A DNA stretch of 64,000 bases. Source: an uncultured Clostridium sp. Its GTDB lineage: Bacteria; Bacillota; Clostridia; TANB77; CAG-508. Position 1 is the first letter of the stretch; each line of letters opens with the position of its first letter. Position numbers and translations under genes: made by a program. Positions 44,280-54,444 of the stretch are shown in pieces. The DNA lies in NCBI GenBank assembly GCA_948468275.1, contig CAOKHI010000001.1:1866-65865 (forward strand). The letters run 5' to 3'. Below the pieces are notes generated by a model. It was given only the letters and a program-made list of their open reading frames with translations, made no database searches and was not told the origin of the DNA.

Positions 44280-45236
44280 ATGATAGAAAGAAGAAAAGTT
44301 GTTTTAGTAGGTACAGGGTTTGTTGGTATGAGTATGGCATATTCATTATTAAACCAAGGAGGAATTAATGAGTTAGTTTTAGTAGATATAATGAAAGATA
44401 AAGCTCAAGGCGAGGCAATGGATTTAGCACATGGAATGCCATTTGCACCAAGTAAGGTAGATATAAAATCTGGAGATTATGAAGAATGCAAAGATGCAAA
44501 TATTGTTGTAATAACAGCAGGATTAAATCAAAAGCCAGGTCAGACAAGATTAGAACTTGCAAAAGCAAATGCTAAAATAATAAAAGATATTACAATACAA
44601 GTAGTACAAAGTGGATTTAAAGGAATATTTGTAGTAGCAAGTAATCCTGTAGACTTAATGGCATATGTAGTTTATAAAACATCAGGATTTCCAAGTAGCA
44701 AAATAATAGGATCTGGAACGGTGTTAGATACATCAAGGTTACGTTTTTTATTAGGGGAATATTTACAAGTATCTAGTAAAAATGTTCATGCATATATAAT
44801 GGGAGAACATGGAGATTCATCTTTTGTTCCATGGTCACATTGCTATGTGGGATGTAAAAAATTAGTAGATGTTATGGAACATAATAAAAAAGATATAAAA
44901 GATTTAGATAAAATTTATACAGGAGTACAACAAGCAGCATATGAAATAATAGATAAAAAAAAGGCAACATACTATGGAATAGGTATAGCTTTAACTAGAC
45001 TAATAAAAGCAATATTAGGTGATGAAAATTCTATTATGACAGTATCAACATTTTTAAATGGAGAGTATTCTCACAAAGGAATATTCATTGGAGTACCTGC
45101 TATAATAAATAGAAAAGGGGTAAGAGAAGTTTTAGAATTAGAACTACAAAAGGAAGAACAAGAGAAATTTGATGCTAGTTGTAATATACTACAAGACAAT
45201 ATAAAACAAATAGCAGATGATATAATAAATAATTAA
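44280..45236 (+). CDS. ldh: L-lactate dehydrogenase
   Basis: VVLVGTGFVGMSMAY NAD-binding motif. GEHGDS active-site region. 318 aa. Confidence 0.9.
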   Translation: MIERRKVVLVGTGFVGMSMAYSLLNQGGINELVLVDIMKDKAQGEAMDLAHGMPFAPSKVDIKSGDYEECKDANIVVITAGLNQKPGQTRLELAKANAKIIKDITIQVVQSGFKGIFVVASNPVDLMAYVVYKTSGFPSSKIIGSGTVLDTSRLRFLLGEYLQVSSKNVHAYIMGEHGDSSFVPWSHCYVGCKKLVDVMEHNKKDIKDLDKIYTGVQQAAYEIIDKKKATYYGIGIALTRLIKAILGDENSIMTVSTFLNGEYSHKGIFIGVPAIINRKGVREVLELELQKEEQEKFDASCNILQDNIKQIADDIINN

Positions 45237-45322
45237 ACAAAAAGAATTTTTAATAAATATTAGAATATAAATAAAAGAATAGCATTAGCTATTCTTTTAT
45301 TTATAAAGGAGAGTGTTTAATT

Positions 45323-45967
45323 ATGAAAAAAATAAAAATTATTATTGCATTACTATTAATTATGGCAATTTGTACAACAGTTTTTTACTTTTTTTATAAA
45401 AATAATTATAAAACTGCAAATTTAGGAAATACTAATCTTAAGGAAGAAGACATAAAAGAATATATTTTAAATATTAGCTCTTATGAAGCTGAGGTTACAG
45501 TAAATGTAAATAGTAATAAAAATACGAATAAATATGTAATGAAACAACAATATACAAATAAAGGAATATTTAAACAAGAGGTGTTACAACCAAGTAATAT
45601 ACAAGGATTAACAACTAAATATGAAGATGGAAAATTAGTAATAGAAAATACAAAATTAAATCTAAAGCAAATTTATGAAAATTACGAATATGTTTCAGAA
45701 AATTCACTTTGTTTGAATACATTTATCGAAGAATATAAAAAAAGTAATAATTCAAAATTTATAGTAGAAGATAAACAAATAATAATGCAAACAAAAACTC
45801 AAGATAGTGAAAATAAGAAAGTATCAAATAAGAAATTATATATAGATAAAAAAACAGCAAAACCAATTAAATTAGAAATAGAAGATATTAACCAAAAAAT
45901 GCTAGTTTACATATTATATAATGAGATAAAAATAAATAGTACAAATCAAAAAGAATTACTAGCATAA
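45323..45967 (+). CDS. Membrane-anchored or exported hypothetical protein (214 aa)
   Basis: N-terminal signal-anchor, Asn/Lys-rich. RBS aaggagag. A terminator follows ldh at 45267-45297. Confidence 0.45.
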   Translation: MKKIKIIIALLLIMAICTTVFYFFYKNNYKTANLGNTNLKEEDIKEYILNISSYEAEVTVNVNSNKNTNKYVMKQQYTNKGIFKQEVLQPSNIQGLTTKYEDGKLVIENTKLNLKQIYENYEYVSENSLCLNTFIEEYKKSNNSKFIVEDKQIIMQTKTQDSENKKVSNKKLYIDKKTAKPIKLEIEDINQKMLVYILYNEIKINSTNQKELLA

Positions 45968-46078
45968 AAAATAGTAAAACAAAAAACCTAATAACTATAT
46001 TTTTAATCTCAAGCTAAAATTAAAATATATCTAATAAATTCGAAACTAAAAAATACTGTAATATCAGGAGTGAAGAAA

Positions 46079-46429
46079 ATGGTAGTTAAAAGAGGGGATA
46101 TGTTTTATGCAGATTTAAGTCCAGTAGTTGGATCTGAACAAGGAGGAGTTAGACCTGTATTAATAATACAAAACGATATGGGAAACAAATACAGTCCAAC
46201 AGTAATAGCAGCAGCAATAACATCACAAACAGGAAAAAATAAATTACCAACACATATAGAATTAGGTTCTAAAGATTATGGATTAAAATCAGACTCAGTA
46301 GTACTTGCTGAACAAATAAGAACAATAGATAAAAGCAGATTAAAAGAAAAAATAGGGCATATAGATGATAATGAAATAATTAATCAAATAAATAATGCCT
46401 TAGGAGTAAGTTTTGGACTAGAGGAGTAA
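46079..46429 (+). CDS. mazF: MazF/PemK/EndoA-family endoribonuclease toxin
   Basis: [33 protein letters not shown] is almost identical in pattern to B. subtilis EndoA. AGGAG RBS. No antitoxin ORF lies upstream. Confidence 0.8.
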   Translation: MVVKRGDMFYADLSPVVGSEQGGVRPVLIIQNDMGNKYSPTVIAAAITSQTGKNKLPTHIELGSKDYGLKSDSVVLAEQIRTIDKSRLKEKIGHIDDNEIINQINNALGVSFGLEE

Positions 46430-46443
46430 ACAAATATCAATAA

Positions 46444-46482
46444 AAAGAGTATAGAGAAGAAAATTTTCTATACTCTTTTTGG
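46444..46482 (+). terminator. Terminator after mazF
   Basis: AAAAGAGTATAGA gaagaaaatttt TCTATACTCTTTTT. Confidence 0.65.
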
Positions 46483-46748
46483 GGTTAAAACCATTATATA
46501 AAACAAAAAGCAATATACTTAAAAGGAATTTCTAAAGAGCAAATTAATGATATTTTATAAATACCACCAATACATTTGATATAGCAAGCTCTTTGAAGAT
46601 TTTTATATAAAAAACTATTAAAACAGTAACAAAAAAAATAAAAAAATTTTAAAAAAAGCTTGCAAAATTAGAGAAGTTATATTAAAATTTAACTAAAGTG
46701 GTACGAAGTGGTAAAAAGTGGTTTGAAAAGGAGCGAGGTGACAGGTAA

Positions 46749-47180
46749 GTGTTTATAGGTGAATATGAACATAATGTAGATGCTAAAGGAAGAGTTATAA
46801 TGCCTTCTAAATTAAGAGAAGACATAGGCGACAAGTTCATTATAACCAAAGGACTTGATGGCTGTTTATTTGCTTATTCACAAACCGAATGGACAAACTT
46901 CGAAGAAAAACTAAAAGCACTACCACTTGCACAAAAAAATGCTAGAAACTTTGTAAGATTCTTTTTATCAGGAGCAGTAGAATGTGAAATAGATAAACAA
47001 GGAAGATTCTTAATACCATCTAATTTAAGAGAACATGCCAGACTAGATAAAGAAATAGTAATAATTGGAGTAGGTACAAGAATAGAAATTTGGAACAGAG
47101 AAACTTGGAAAGAATATAGCAGTGATGAAAATATTTCTGCTGATGAAATAGCAGAAAATATGACAATGTTGGGTATATAA
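46749..47180 (+). CDS. mraZ: Transcriptional regulator MraZ
   Basis: GTG start. [19 protein letters not shown]... Two SpoVT/AbrB-like repeats. 143 aa. Confidence 0.85.
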   Translation: MFIGEYEHNVDAKGRVIMPSKLREDIGDKFIITKGLDGCLFAYSQTEWTNFEEKLKALPLAQKNARNFVRFFLSGAVECEIDKQGRFLIPSNLREHARLDKEIVIIGVGTRIEIWNRETWKEYSSDENISADEIAENMTMLGI

Positions 47181-47295
47181 CTTTTTTAAAGTTTATATAA
47201 ATGTACAAAAGATAAATATCAAGGATATTTAAAAAAGGTGCAAAACTAAAGAAAAATTAAAATTTAAGAATACAAAAGATAAAAAAATTAAGAAC

Positions 47296-47530
47296 AAAAG
47301 ATAAAGTTATTCAAATAAAAGAAAAATAAAATCAAAAGATAAGCTATACAAAAGATAGAAAAAGTAAAATCAAAAGATAAGTTATACAAAAGAAAAAATG
47401 TAAAGTCAAAAGATAAGTTATACAAAAGAAAAAATAAAGTTAAAAGAAAAGTTATACAAAAGAAAAAAGTAAAGTTAAAAGATAAAGCTATACAAAAGAA
47501 GAAAAAAGTAAAATAAAAAGATAAAAATAT
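47296..47530. repeat. Tandem array of about 7 copies of an about 36-bp A-rich unit (CAAAAGATAAGYTATACAAAAGAAAAAAKTAAAGT) between mraZ and rsmH
   Basis: Units read directly. They are contiguous with no unique spacers. Confidence 0.7.
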
Positions 47531-47723
47531 ACAAAAGAAGAAAAGTATAATATTAATATATAATATTAAGAATTTCAAAAGACAAATTACATAGGTACAT
47601 AAAGAATGGTAAAAGTACCAAAGATGATATAAATACTAAAGAAAGAAGAAAAAAGAATATGCAGCAGTTGGTATTTTCTAATGCCAACTGTTATGCTATA
47701 TTATAAAAACAAGAGGTGCAAAG

Positions 47724-48652
47724 TGGAGTTTAACCATAAACCAGTATTATTAAATGAATGTATACAAGGATTAAATATTAAAAAAGATGGTATTTATATA
47801 GATGGTACTATGGGAGGAGCAGGACATAGTTTACAAATAGTAAAAAACTTGTCAAAAGATGGAATGCTTATTGGTATAGATAGAGATACTAAAGCATTAG
47901 AAAGTGCCAAAGAGAGATTAAAACAATTCGACAATATAAAATACATACATGGTAACCATGATAATATAAAAAACATATTAGAAGAAATAAAAGTAGAAAA
48001 AGTAGATGGAATACTATTAGACTTAGGAGTATCATCATATCAAATAGATACACCTGTAAGAGGATTTAGCTACATTCAAGAAAGCCAATTAGATATGAGG
48101 ATGGATACAACACAAACATTAACAGCAAAAGAAGTAGTAAATACATATAAAGAAGAAGATTTAGCAAAAATAATATATGAATATGGTGAGGAAAAGTTTA
48201 GTAGGCAGATTGCAAAAACAATATGTGAATATAGGAATAAAAAGCAAATAGAAACAACATTGGAATTAGTAGATATAATAAAACAAGCTATACCATTTTT
48301 TGATAAAAATGGAGGGCATCCAGCTAAAAGAACATTTCAAGCAATACGAATAGAAGTAAATAATGAAATAGAGCCATTATATAATACAGTAATAGACTGT
48401 ATACATAGTTTAAAACAACAAGGAAGGCTATGTATAATAACATTTCATTCATTAGAAGATAGAGCAGTAAAAAAAGCATATAATGATGCACTTGGAAAAT
48501 GTACATGTCCAAAAGAATTACCATATTGTGTATGCAATGCAAAGAATTTAGGAAAAATAGTAAATAAAAAACCAATATTACCAACAAAAGAAGAACAACA
48601 AAATAATATAAGATCAAAAAGTGCAAAATTAAGAATATTTGAAAAGGTATAA
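47724..48652 (+). CDS. rsmH: 16S rRNA (cytosine1402-N4)-methyltransferase RsmH (MraW)
   Basis: RBS AGAGGTG then GTG 47724 (VEFNHKPVLLNE...). SAM-binding IDGTMGGAGHS. The ORF-track start at 47681 is less likely. Confidence 0.85.
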
Positions 48653-48674
48653 ATAAAAATAGGGAGGTGAGATT

Positions 48675-49196
48675 ATGGCATATAGTAATAGATACCAATA
48701 TGAAACAAGTCCACGAAAATTAGAACCAGAATATAGACCTATAAAAAAGAAATATCCTAAAAAAAGTACAGCAAAAAAGATAAAAGAAGAACCTAAAAAA
48801 TATCCTAAGAAGAAAATAAAAAGTAAAAGACAAATTAAGTCACAACTTAAAATTATAGGATATGTAGTAGTAGTTTTTTCAATACTATTGGCCATAAGCT
48901 ATAGAAATTCTCTAATAAACGAAAATTTTGCACAAATAAAAAAATTAAGAGCGGATTTAGCATCAATTGAAAAAGAAAATGAGCAACTACAAGTAAATAT
49001 AGAAAATAATCTAAACTTAAAAACAGTAGAACAATCTGCACAAGAACAATTAGGAATGCAAAAATTAAATAGTTCACAAAAAGTATATGTAAATTTACCA
49101 AAACAAGATTATATAGAACCTGCAACAGAAGAAATAAAAAAAGAAGAGAACACAAATTGGTTAAAGAAAATAATAAAGATATTTATAGGAAAATAA
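48675..49196 (+). CDS. ftsL: FtsL/DivIC-like septum-formation protein
   Basis: Basic N-terminus, one TM helix (IIGYVVVVFSILLAI), then a coiled coil. RBS GGGAGGTG. A terminator follows at 49195-49228. Confidence 0.6.
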   Translation: MAYSNRYQYETSPRKLEPEYRPIKKKYPKKSTAKKIKEEPKKYPKKKIKSKRQIKSQLKIIGYVVVVFSILLAISYRNSLINENFAQIKKLRADLASIEKENEQLQVNIENNLNLKTVEQSAQEQLGMQKLNSSQKVYVNLPKQDYIEPATEEIKKEENTNWLKKIIKIFIGK

Positions 49197-49417
49197 AGAA
49201 TAAATTTGAAAATGTTATTCTTTATTTTTATTATTATAAGAAGGATCTATTCTTTAATAAAAAAGAATGTAAAAATAAAAGCATAATAAATATAGCTGGT
49301 TAAATAAACAGTTACATAATTTGCTAGATTCCTATAAATAGGATATAATAGATATGTATTAAAAACATTATATTTAAAAGCATTACAACTCTAAGGTAAA
49401 AGTTTTATTAAAATCCA

Positions 49418-49446
49418 TTGACAACAAGAAACATTTGTTTTAAAAT
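49418..49446 (+). promoter_or_regulatory. Promoter TTGACA-N17-TAAAAT upstream of the toxSAS-like gene
   Basis: Direct read. Confidence 0.45.
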
Positions 49447-49541
49447 GTGAATAGACTATATTTACAAAACTAAAAAAGTGATAAAAGCATAAAAAATTTA
49501 AATTTGTATGTTAGAATATATAAAAAGAAAGAGAAAATCAT

Positions 49542-50156
49542 ATGTTAGAAGAGTTAGAAAAGTTAATTGATTTTATACAAACGGAATATATTGATTTTAC
49601 ACAACAATGGGAAAATAACTATTATTATTCAAAAATAAATCTAAAAAGTACCTTAGTTCGTGAAGTCTTAGAAAATAAAATACTTTTAGATTCAATAATT
49701 AGTTATAGAGAATTTATTAATGAAAACAATATACAATTACTAATGGATTTTAAGCAGTTTAGTACAGAGAAATCAAAGGTTAATATCAGGACAAAAGCTA
49801 AAAACTCCATAGAATATAAAATAAAAAATTATATGGAAAATCATGAGAATGGAAAAGTACCAATTAACAAGTGTTTTAATGATTTATTTGGGATAAGAAT
49901 TATTTGCGAAGATAAACTTACTTATAACAAAATTGCTAATTTGATAAACAATAAATATAGTGAATTAAAGTGTATTGATTCTTCTAAAAAAGATTACAAA
50001 GCAACACATATATATTTTAAAAAGAACAATTTTAATTTTCAATGGGAATTACAAGTATGGAATAAAGTAGATGAGATAAACAATATAGAATCGCATGAAA
50101 AATATAAACAAGATTATGTTAGATGGGAAAGGGAAAATAAAGGAGGGAATAAATAG
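49542..50156 (+). CDS. RelA/SpoT-domain small alarmone synthetase-like protein (toxSAS-like toxin, PanT candidate)
   Basis: SAS motifs RTKAKNSIEYKI (R-K..S...K), DLFGIRIIC (GIRxxC), DYKATHIYF (GY+S+H+) and ELQVWN...ESHEKYKQ (EIQIRT...EH..YK). 204 aa. The stop overlaps the downstream start. Confidence 0.65.
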   Translation: MLEELEKLIDFIQTEYIDFTQQWENNYYYSKINLKSTLVREVLENKILLDSIISYREFINENNIQLLMDFKQFSTEKSKVNIRTKAKNSIEYKIKNYMENHENGKVPINKCFNDLFGIRIICEDKLTYNKIANLINNKYSELKCIDSSKKDYKATHIYFKKNNFNFQWELQVWNKVDEINNIESHEKYKQDYVRWERENKGGNK

Positions 50157-50908
50157 TGGTAACTCATTTTATATTTATGAGCAGTTCATATTCATTAGGA
50201 ACAAGAATTGCGCTTGATTTTATAGTGAGAGAAGCAAGCATACAAGAGGAATTGAAAAAAGACTTAGACAAAATTATTTCACAATGTGGTAGAGATGTAT
50301 CTATTTCAACTCATATGATACAAGGCGATGACGAAACATGGGAATCAGTTTGCATGGCAGATCACTTTTTCAAAGGGGTTAAAGTAATAGAAGATTTAGA
50401 AACATTTATCAGTTTAATAAAAAAGGATAGAAAACTACAGGGAATAGATGTAGCAAAATATATTTTATCAAAAATTACATGTACTCAATTAAAGTTGCAA
50501 AAGTTAGTGTATTTATGTTTTGCGGATTATTTATGCGATACAGGAAAAATATTATTCACAGATAAAATTTATGCTTTTAAGTATGGTCCTGTTGTAGATA
50601 CTGTATATAAAAAATATAAAGAATATGGATATGAAGCAATTGAAGAAGAAAAGGGGGATATTGATACTGAAGGTATATTTGAAATGCCAGCAAAAAGTAG
50701 AATATTGTTTGCAGAAGATGGAACAGGAAAAATAGTTAACATAGAAAAAACACTAAAAAAGTATGGAAATTTAACAGCAACAGAATTAGTTCATTTGACA
50801 CATAGGGAGTGTTCACCATGGAATAAAACTTATAAGGGAGAAGAAAGAGCATATTCGCAGATAGGATTAAATACAATTAAAGAATATCATAAATTCGAAA
50901 CAATATAA
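50156..50908 (+). CDS. Panacea-domain (DUF4065) protein, candidate antitoxin (PanA)
   Basis: KLQKLVYLCFADYLCDTGKILFTDKIYAFKYGPVVDTVYKKYKEYG matches the DUF4065 core. RBS AGGAGGG then GTG 50156. Confidence 0.65.
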   Translation: MVTHFIFMSSSYSLGTRIALDFIVREASIQEELKKDLDKIISQCGRDVSISTHMIQGDDETWESVCMADHFFKGVKVIEDLETFISLIKKDRKLQGIDVAKYILSKITCTQLKLQKLVYLCFADYLCDTGKILFTDKIYAFKYGPVVDTVYKKYKEYGYEAIEEEKGDIDTEGIFEMPAKSRILFAEDGTGKIVNIEKTLKKYGNLTATELVHLTHRECSPWNKTYKGEERAYSQIGLNTIKEYHKFETI

Positions 50909-51066
50909 TTTTTTTAGTTTAATTTATTTGTATAATTTACAAATTATATTATTTGGAATTTATTAGATACTTTTTCATTTATAGAATTAGATAACATAAA
51001 AACTATTGAAAAAGATAGTATATTTATGGTATAGTGACATAAATACTAAATGGAGGGAAAATTAAA

Positions 51067-51606
51067 GTGAGAATATTATTAACAAGACATGGTCAAACAG
51101 ATTGGAATGTATTAAAAAAAATACAAGGATGTACAGATATAGAGTTAAATGAAAAAGGAATTGAGCAAGCAAAAGAGGCAAGGAAAAAATTATTAGAATA
51201 TGATATTGATTATATTATAGCATCGCCATTAAAAAGAGCTAAAAAAACAGCAGAAATAATTAATGAAGGAAGAAATATCCCTTTAATTGTAAGTGATGAT
51301 ATTAAAGAAAGAAATTTTGGAAAATTCGAAGGTAAAACAGCCAAAGAAATTGATTTTGATGAGATATGGAATTATAAATTAAATAAACAATATAAACATG
51401 CAGAAAGTGTGGGAGAAGTATTTGATAGAGTTAGTGGATTTATGAATAATTTGAAACATAAATATGATGATAAAACAGTACTTCTAGTAACTCATGGAGG
51501 AATATGTGTACCAATTAGAGCATATTTTGAAGGAATACCAGAAGGAATGGATGTTTTAAAAGGAATGGGGCTAGACAATTGTCAAATAAAAGAATATAAT
51601 CTATAA
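51067..51606 (+). CDS. Histidine phosphatase family protein (phosphoglycerate mutase-like)
   Basis: RHGQTDWN catalytic motif. 179 aa. Confidence 0.75.
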   Translation: MRILLTRHGQTDWNVLKKIQGCTDIELNEKGIEQAKEARKKLLEYDIDYIIASPLKRAKKTAEIINEGRNIPLIVSDDIKERNFGKFEGKTAKEIDFDEIWNYKLNKQYKHAESVGEVFDRVSGFMNNLKHKYDDKTVLLVTHGGICVPIRAYFEGIPEGMDVLKGMGLDNCQIKEYNL

Positions 51607-51684
51607 AACCATAATAGTATTTTTCTTTATTATAAAATTAAAAAAATAGCATATAATAAAGAAAAATATTATTGGAGGTTTTTT

Positions 51685-52278
51685 ATGTTAAAGATGAAGG
51701 AATTACCATATAATTTGAATTCATTAGAGCCTTATTACTCTAAAGAAACTTTAGACATTCATTATAATGTTTTATATAAAGGATATGTGGATAATACAAA
51801 TAAAACAGAAGAAAAATTAAAAATAGCAAGACAAGAAAATAATTTTCAAAATATTAAATGTTTAGAAAGGGATCTAAGTTTTTATGGTTCAGGAGCAATA
51901 TTACATGAAATGTTTTTTGAAAATATGGGAATACCTCTACCAACTACACCAAGTAATGAACTTATTAATCAAATAAATCAAGACTTTGGAAGCTTTGATA
52001 AATTTCAAAATCAATTTATAGAAGCAGCAAAAGCAGTAGAAGCATCACGGATGGTGTATATTAGTATGGGGAGAAAGATTCAAAAAATTAGAGATACTAC
52101 AGTGTGAAAAACATCAAAATTTAACACTTTGGGGATGTGTACCAATATTTGTTCTAGATATGTGGGAACATTCATATTTTTTGCAATATAAAGCAAATAG
52201 AGCAGAATATATAAATGCATTTAAAAACATAATTAATTGGAATGTAATAAATAAAAGATTTGAACAAATTAATAAATA
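51685..52278 (+). CDS. sodA: Fe/Mn superoxide dismutase-like protein, frameshifted (+1) at about 52048; some metal-ligand positions look divergent
   Basis: N-terminal part ELPYNLNSLEPYYSKETLDIH..., FGSFDKF. The C-terminal SOD signature LWGCVPIFVLDMWEHSYFLQYKANRAEYINAF is in the +1 frame (52110-52278). Deleting the C in tcaCggatgg restores ASGWCILV... Confidence 0.75.
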
Positions 52279-52298
52279 AATTTTAGGAGAGATAAAAC

Positions 52299-52802
52299 GT
52301 GAAAATAAATGTTGTATTAGTAGAGCCAGAAATACCACAAAATACAGGAAATATAGCAAGAACATGTGCCGCAACAGGAGCAAAATTACATTTAGTAGGA
52401 CCCTTAGGATTTAGTATTTCAGATAAATATGTAAAAAGAGCAGGACTTGATTATTGGGATAAATTAGAAATTGAAGAACATATATCTTTTAATAAATTTT
52501 TAGAAAAATATAAACCAGAAGAAAATAATATGTTCTTTGTTACGACAAAAGGAAAACAAGTATATTCAGATGATGTTTTTGGAGATTTAGCTGATGTGTT
52601 TGTTCTTTTTGGTAAAGAAACAAAGGGTTTACCAGAAGATATTTTACAAAAACATATAGATAAAACAATAAGAATTCCTATGAAAGAACATTTGCGTTCA
52701 CTAAATTTATCAAACTCGGTAGCAATAATTGTATATGAAATATTAAGACAAAATGATTTTAAAGGATTACAAGAAATTAGTGATTATTTTAACTTAAGAT
52801 AA
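52299..52802 (+). CDS. trmL: tRNA (cytidine/uridine-2'-O)-methyltransferase TrmL (SpoU family)
   Basis: GTG start. NTGNIARTCAATGA motif. 167 aa. Confidence 0.8.
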   Translation: MKINVVLVEPEIPQNTGNIARTCAATGAKLHLVGPLGFSISDKYVKRAGLDYWDKLEIEEHISFNKFLEKYKPEENNMFFVTTKGKQVYSDDVFGDLADVFVLFGKETKGLPEDILQKHIDKTIRIPMKEHLRSLNLSNSVAIIVYEILRQNDFKGLQEISDYFNLR

Positions 52803-52852
52803 ATGATTAAACTTGGTAAAATATAATAATTTTTACCAAAGTTTATTTTATT

Positions 52853-53033
52853 GTTACAATTCACAGACAATAGCAGTAAGTAGCTACGACTAAGTAATAT
52901 ATTTTATTTTGTAATGAAGACCCGACAGCCCATTGAGGCGGGGGAATACCCGTGAGCTTGGAGGGCGAAATGAAAAAATAAAATATATTACTTAGTCGTA
53001 GCGGATTTTATTATATATGCTGTGAACTGTAAC
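52853..53033 (-). repeat. About 180-bp MITE-like repeat element, copy 3 (inverted orientation)
   Basis: Reverse complement of copies 1 and 2 with 2-3 substitutions. Flanked by TTTATTTTA / TAAAATAAA direct repeats. Confidence 0.75.
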
Positions 53034-53448
53034 AATTTATTTTATCAGTTTAATTAAGAACTAGAATTTTATCATAATGTACAAGTAATACAAATAAAAA
53101 TATAAAGTATAGTAATTGTTATTGATAAATATTTTTTATATTAAATGTAGCTGCAAGTGAGATAGAAGAAAATGTATTATATGGAATAACTTTAATTACA
53201 GGACTATTCAAAGGAACTACTATATAAATTTCCAAAAAACGAGAAAAAAAGAGAATTTTGGAGAAAATAGAAGAAAATGTTATGAAAAAATAGAATTAAA
53301 ATTATATAGATTAGTAAAATTTGATAAATTTACAAAAAAATGAGTATACATAATTTGAATTTACATAAAATATAGTGTATAATATAAATATATTCGCGTA
53401 AAAAAATCTAAAAAAGGAGAGTGTATATATATTTTAAGAAGGAAAATA

Positions 53449-54396
53449 ATGCACTATACGAAAGAAATAATAAAACTTACAAACATAATGGCAATAGGGG
53501 TATTTATAATAAGTGCAATGATCTTATTAAAATTTAAGCCAGTATATGAGGTAAGTTTTAAACAAGAAGCAATAGGATATATAGAAAATAAAACCCAATT
53601 TGAAGATTTAGTAAACGAATTATTACAAGAAGATGATGAACAAAATATAGCTTTTGTAAATATACCAGATATACCAACTTATGAATTAAAATTTGTAAAA
53701 AAACAAGAGCAAATAAATCAAGAGAATGTTTTACTTGCAATAAAAAATGCATCAGAAGTAACTTATTATAGATATGCAATAAATGTAGATGATAAAACAC
53801 TTCAATATGTAAATACAGAAGAACAAGCAAAACAAGTAGAACAATCAATAAAAGAAGAATATAAAGATGTAAAAGTTGATGTAATAAAAACATATACAAA
53901 AAATTCATTAGATGTTACAGGAATTGAACTTGCTTCTATATCTGATGTAGTTATTAAGAAAATAGAAGATGAAAAAAAAGAAGAAGAAAAAGTAAAAGCA
54001 TCAACTCTAAATGGAGTTCATCTTGCAGTAAATCCTATACAAGGTCATATTACATCTAGATTTGGGAGTAGAGAAAGTATAAGAGATCATGCACATAAAG
54101 GTTTAGATATTGCAGCAAAAACTGGAACAAAAATAAAAGCCGTTGCTAGTGGAACTGTAACATATGCATCTACTATGAGTGGGTATGGAAATTTAATAAG
54201 AATAAATCATGGAAATGGTGTAGAAACATACTATGGACACTGTAATAAAATAAATGTGAAAAAAGGTCAAAAAGTTAAAGCAGGAGATATAATAGGAGAA
54301 GTTGGTTCAACAGGAAGATCAACAGGTCCACATTTACATTTAGAAGTACGTTTACATGATAAAATTCTTAATCCGTTAAAATATTTATATAAGTAA
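53449..54396 (+). CDS. M23-family (LytM-domain) metallopeptidase with an N-terminal TM anchor
   Basis: HAHKGLDIAA...GYGNLIRINHGNGVETYYGHC...GPHLHLEV are the M23 zinc motifs. Confidence 0.8.
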   Translation: MHYTKEIIKLTNIMAIGVFIISAMILLKFKPVYEVSFKQEAIGYIENKTQFEDLVNELLQEDDEQNIAFVNIPDIPTYELKFVKKQEQINQENVLLAIKNASEVTYYRYAINVDDKTLQYVNTEEQAKQVEQSIKEEYKDVKVDVIKTYTKNSLDVTGIELASISDVVIKKIEDEKKEEEKVKASTLNGVHLAVNPIQGHITSRFGSRESIRDHAHKGLDIAAKTGTKIKAVASGTVTYASTMSGYGNLIRINHGNGVETYYGHCNKINVKKGQKVKAGDIIGEVGSTGRSTGPHLHLEVRLHDKILNPLKYLYK

Positions 54397-54444
54397 ATGA
54401 ATAAACTTTAATATAATTACCAATAATATTATTGGGTGATATTT

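Noticed and set aside
47296-47530. Tandem about 36-bp repeats considered as a CRISPR array
   Set aside because: Units are directly contiguous without unique spacers, are A-rich and degenerate rather than palindromic, and no cas genes are nearby. This is a minisatellite, not CRISPR.
47288-47578. 96-aa minus-strand ORF with FFLLYNLSFDFTF repeats
   Set aside because: It is an artefact of translating the tandem DNA repeat array.
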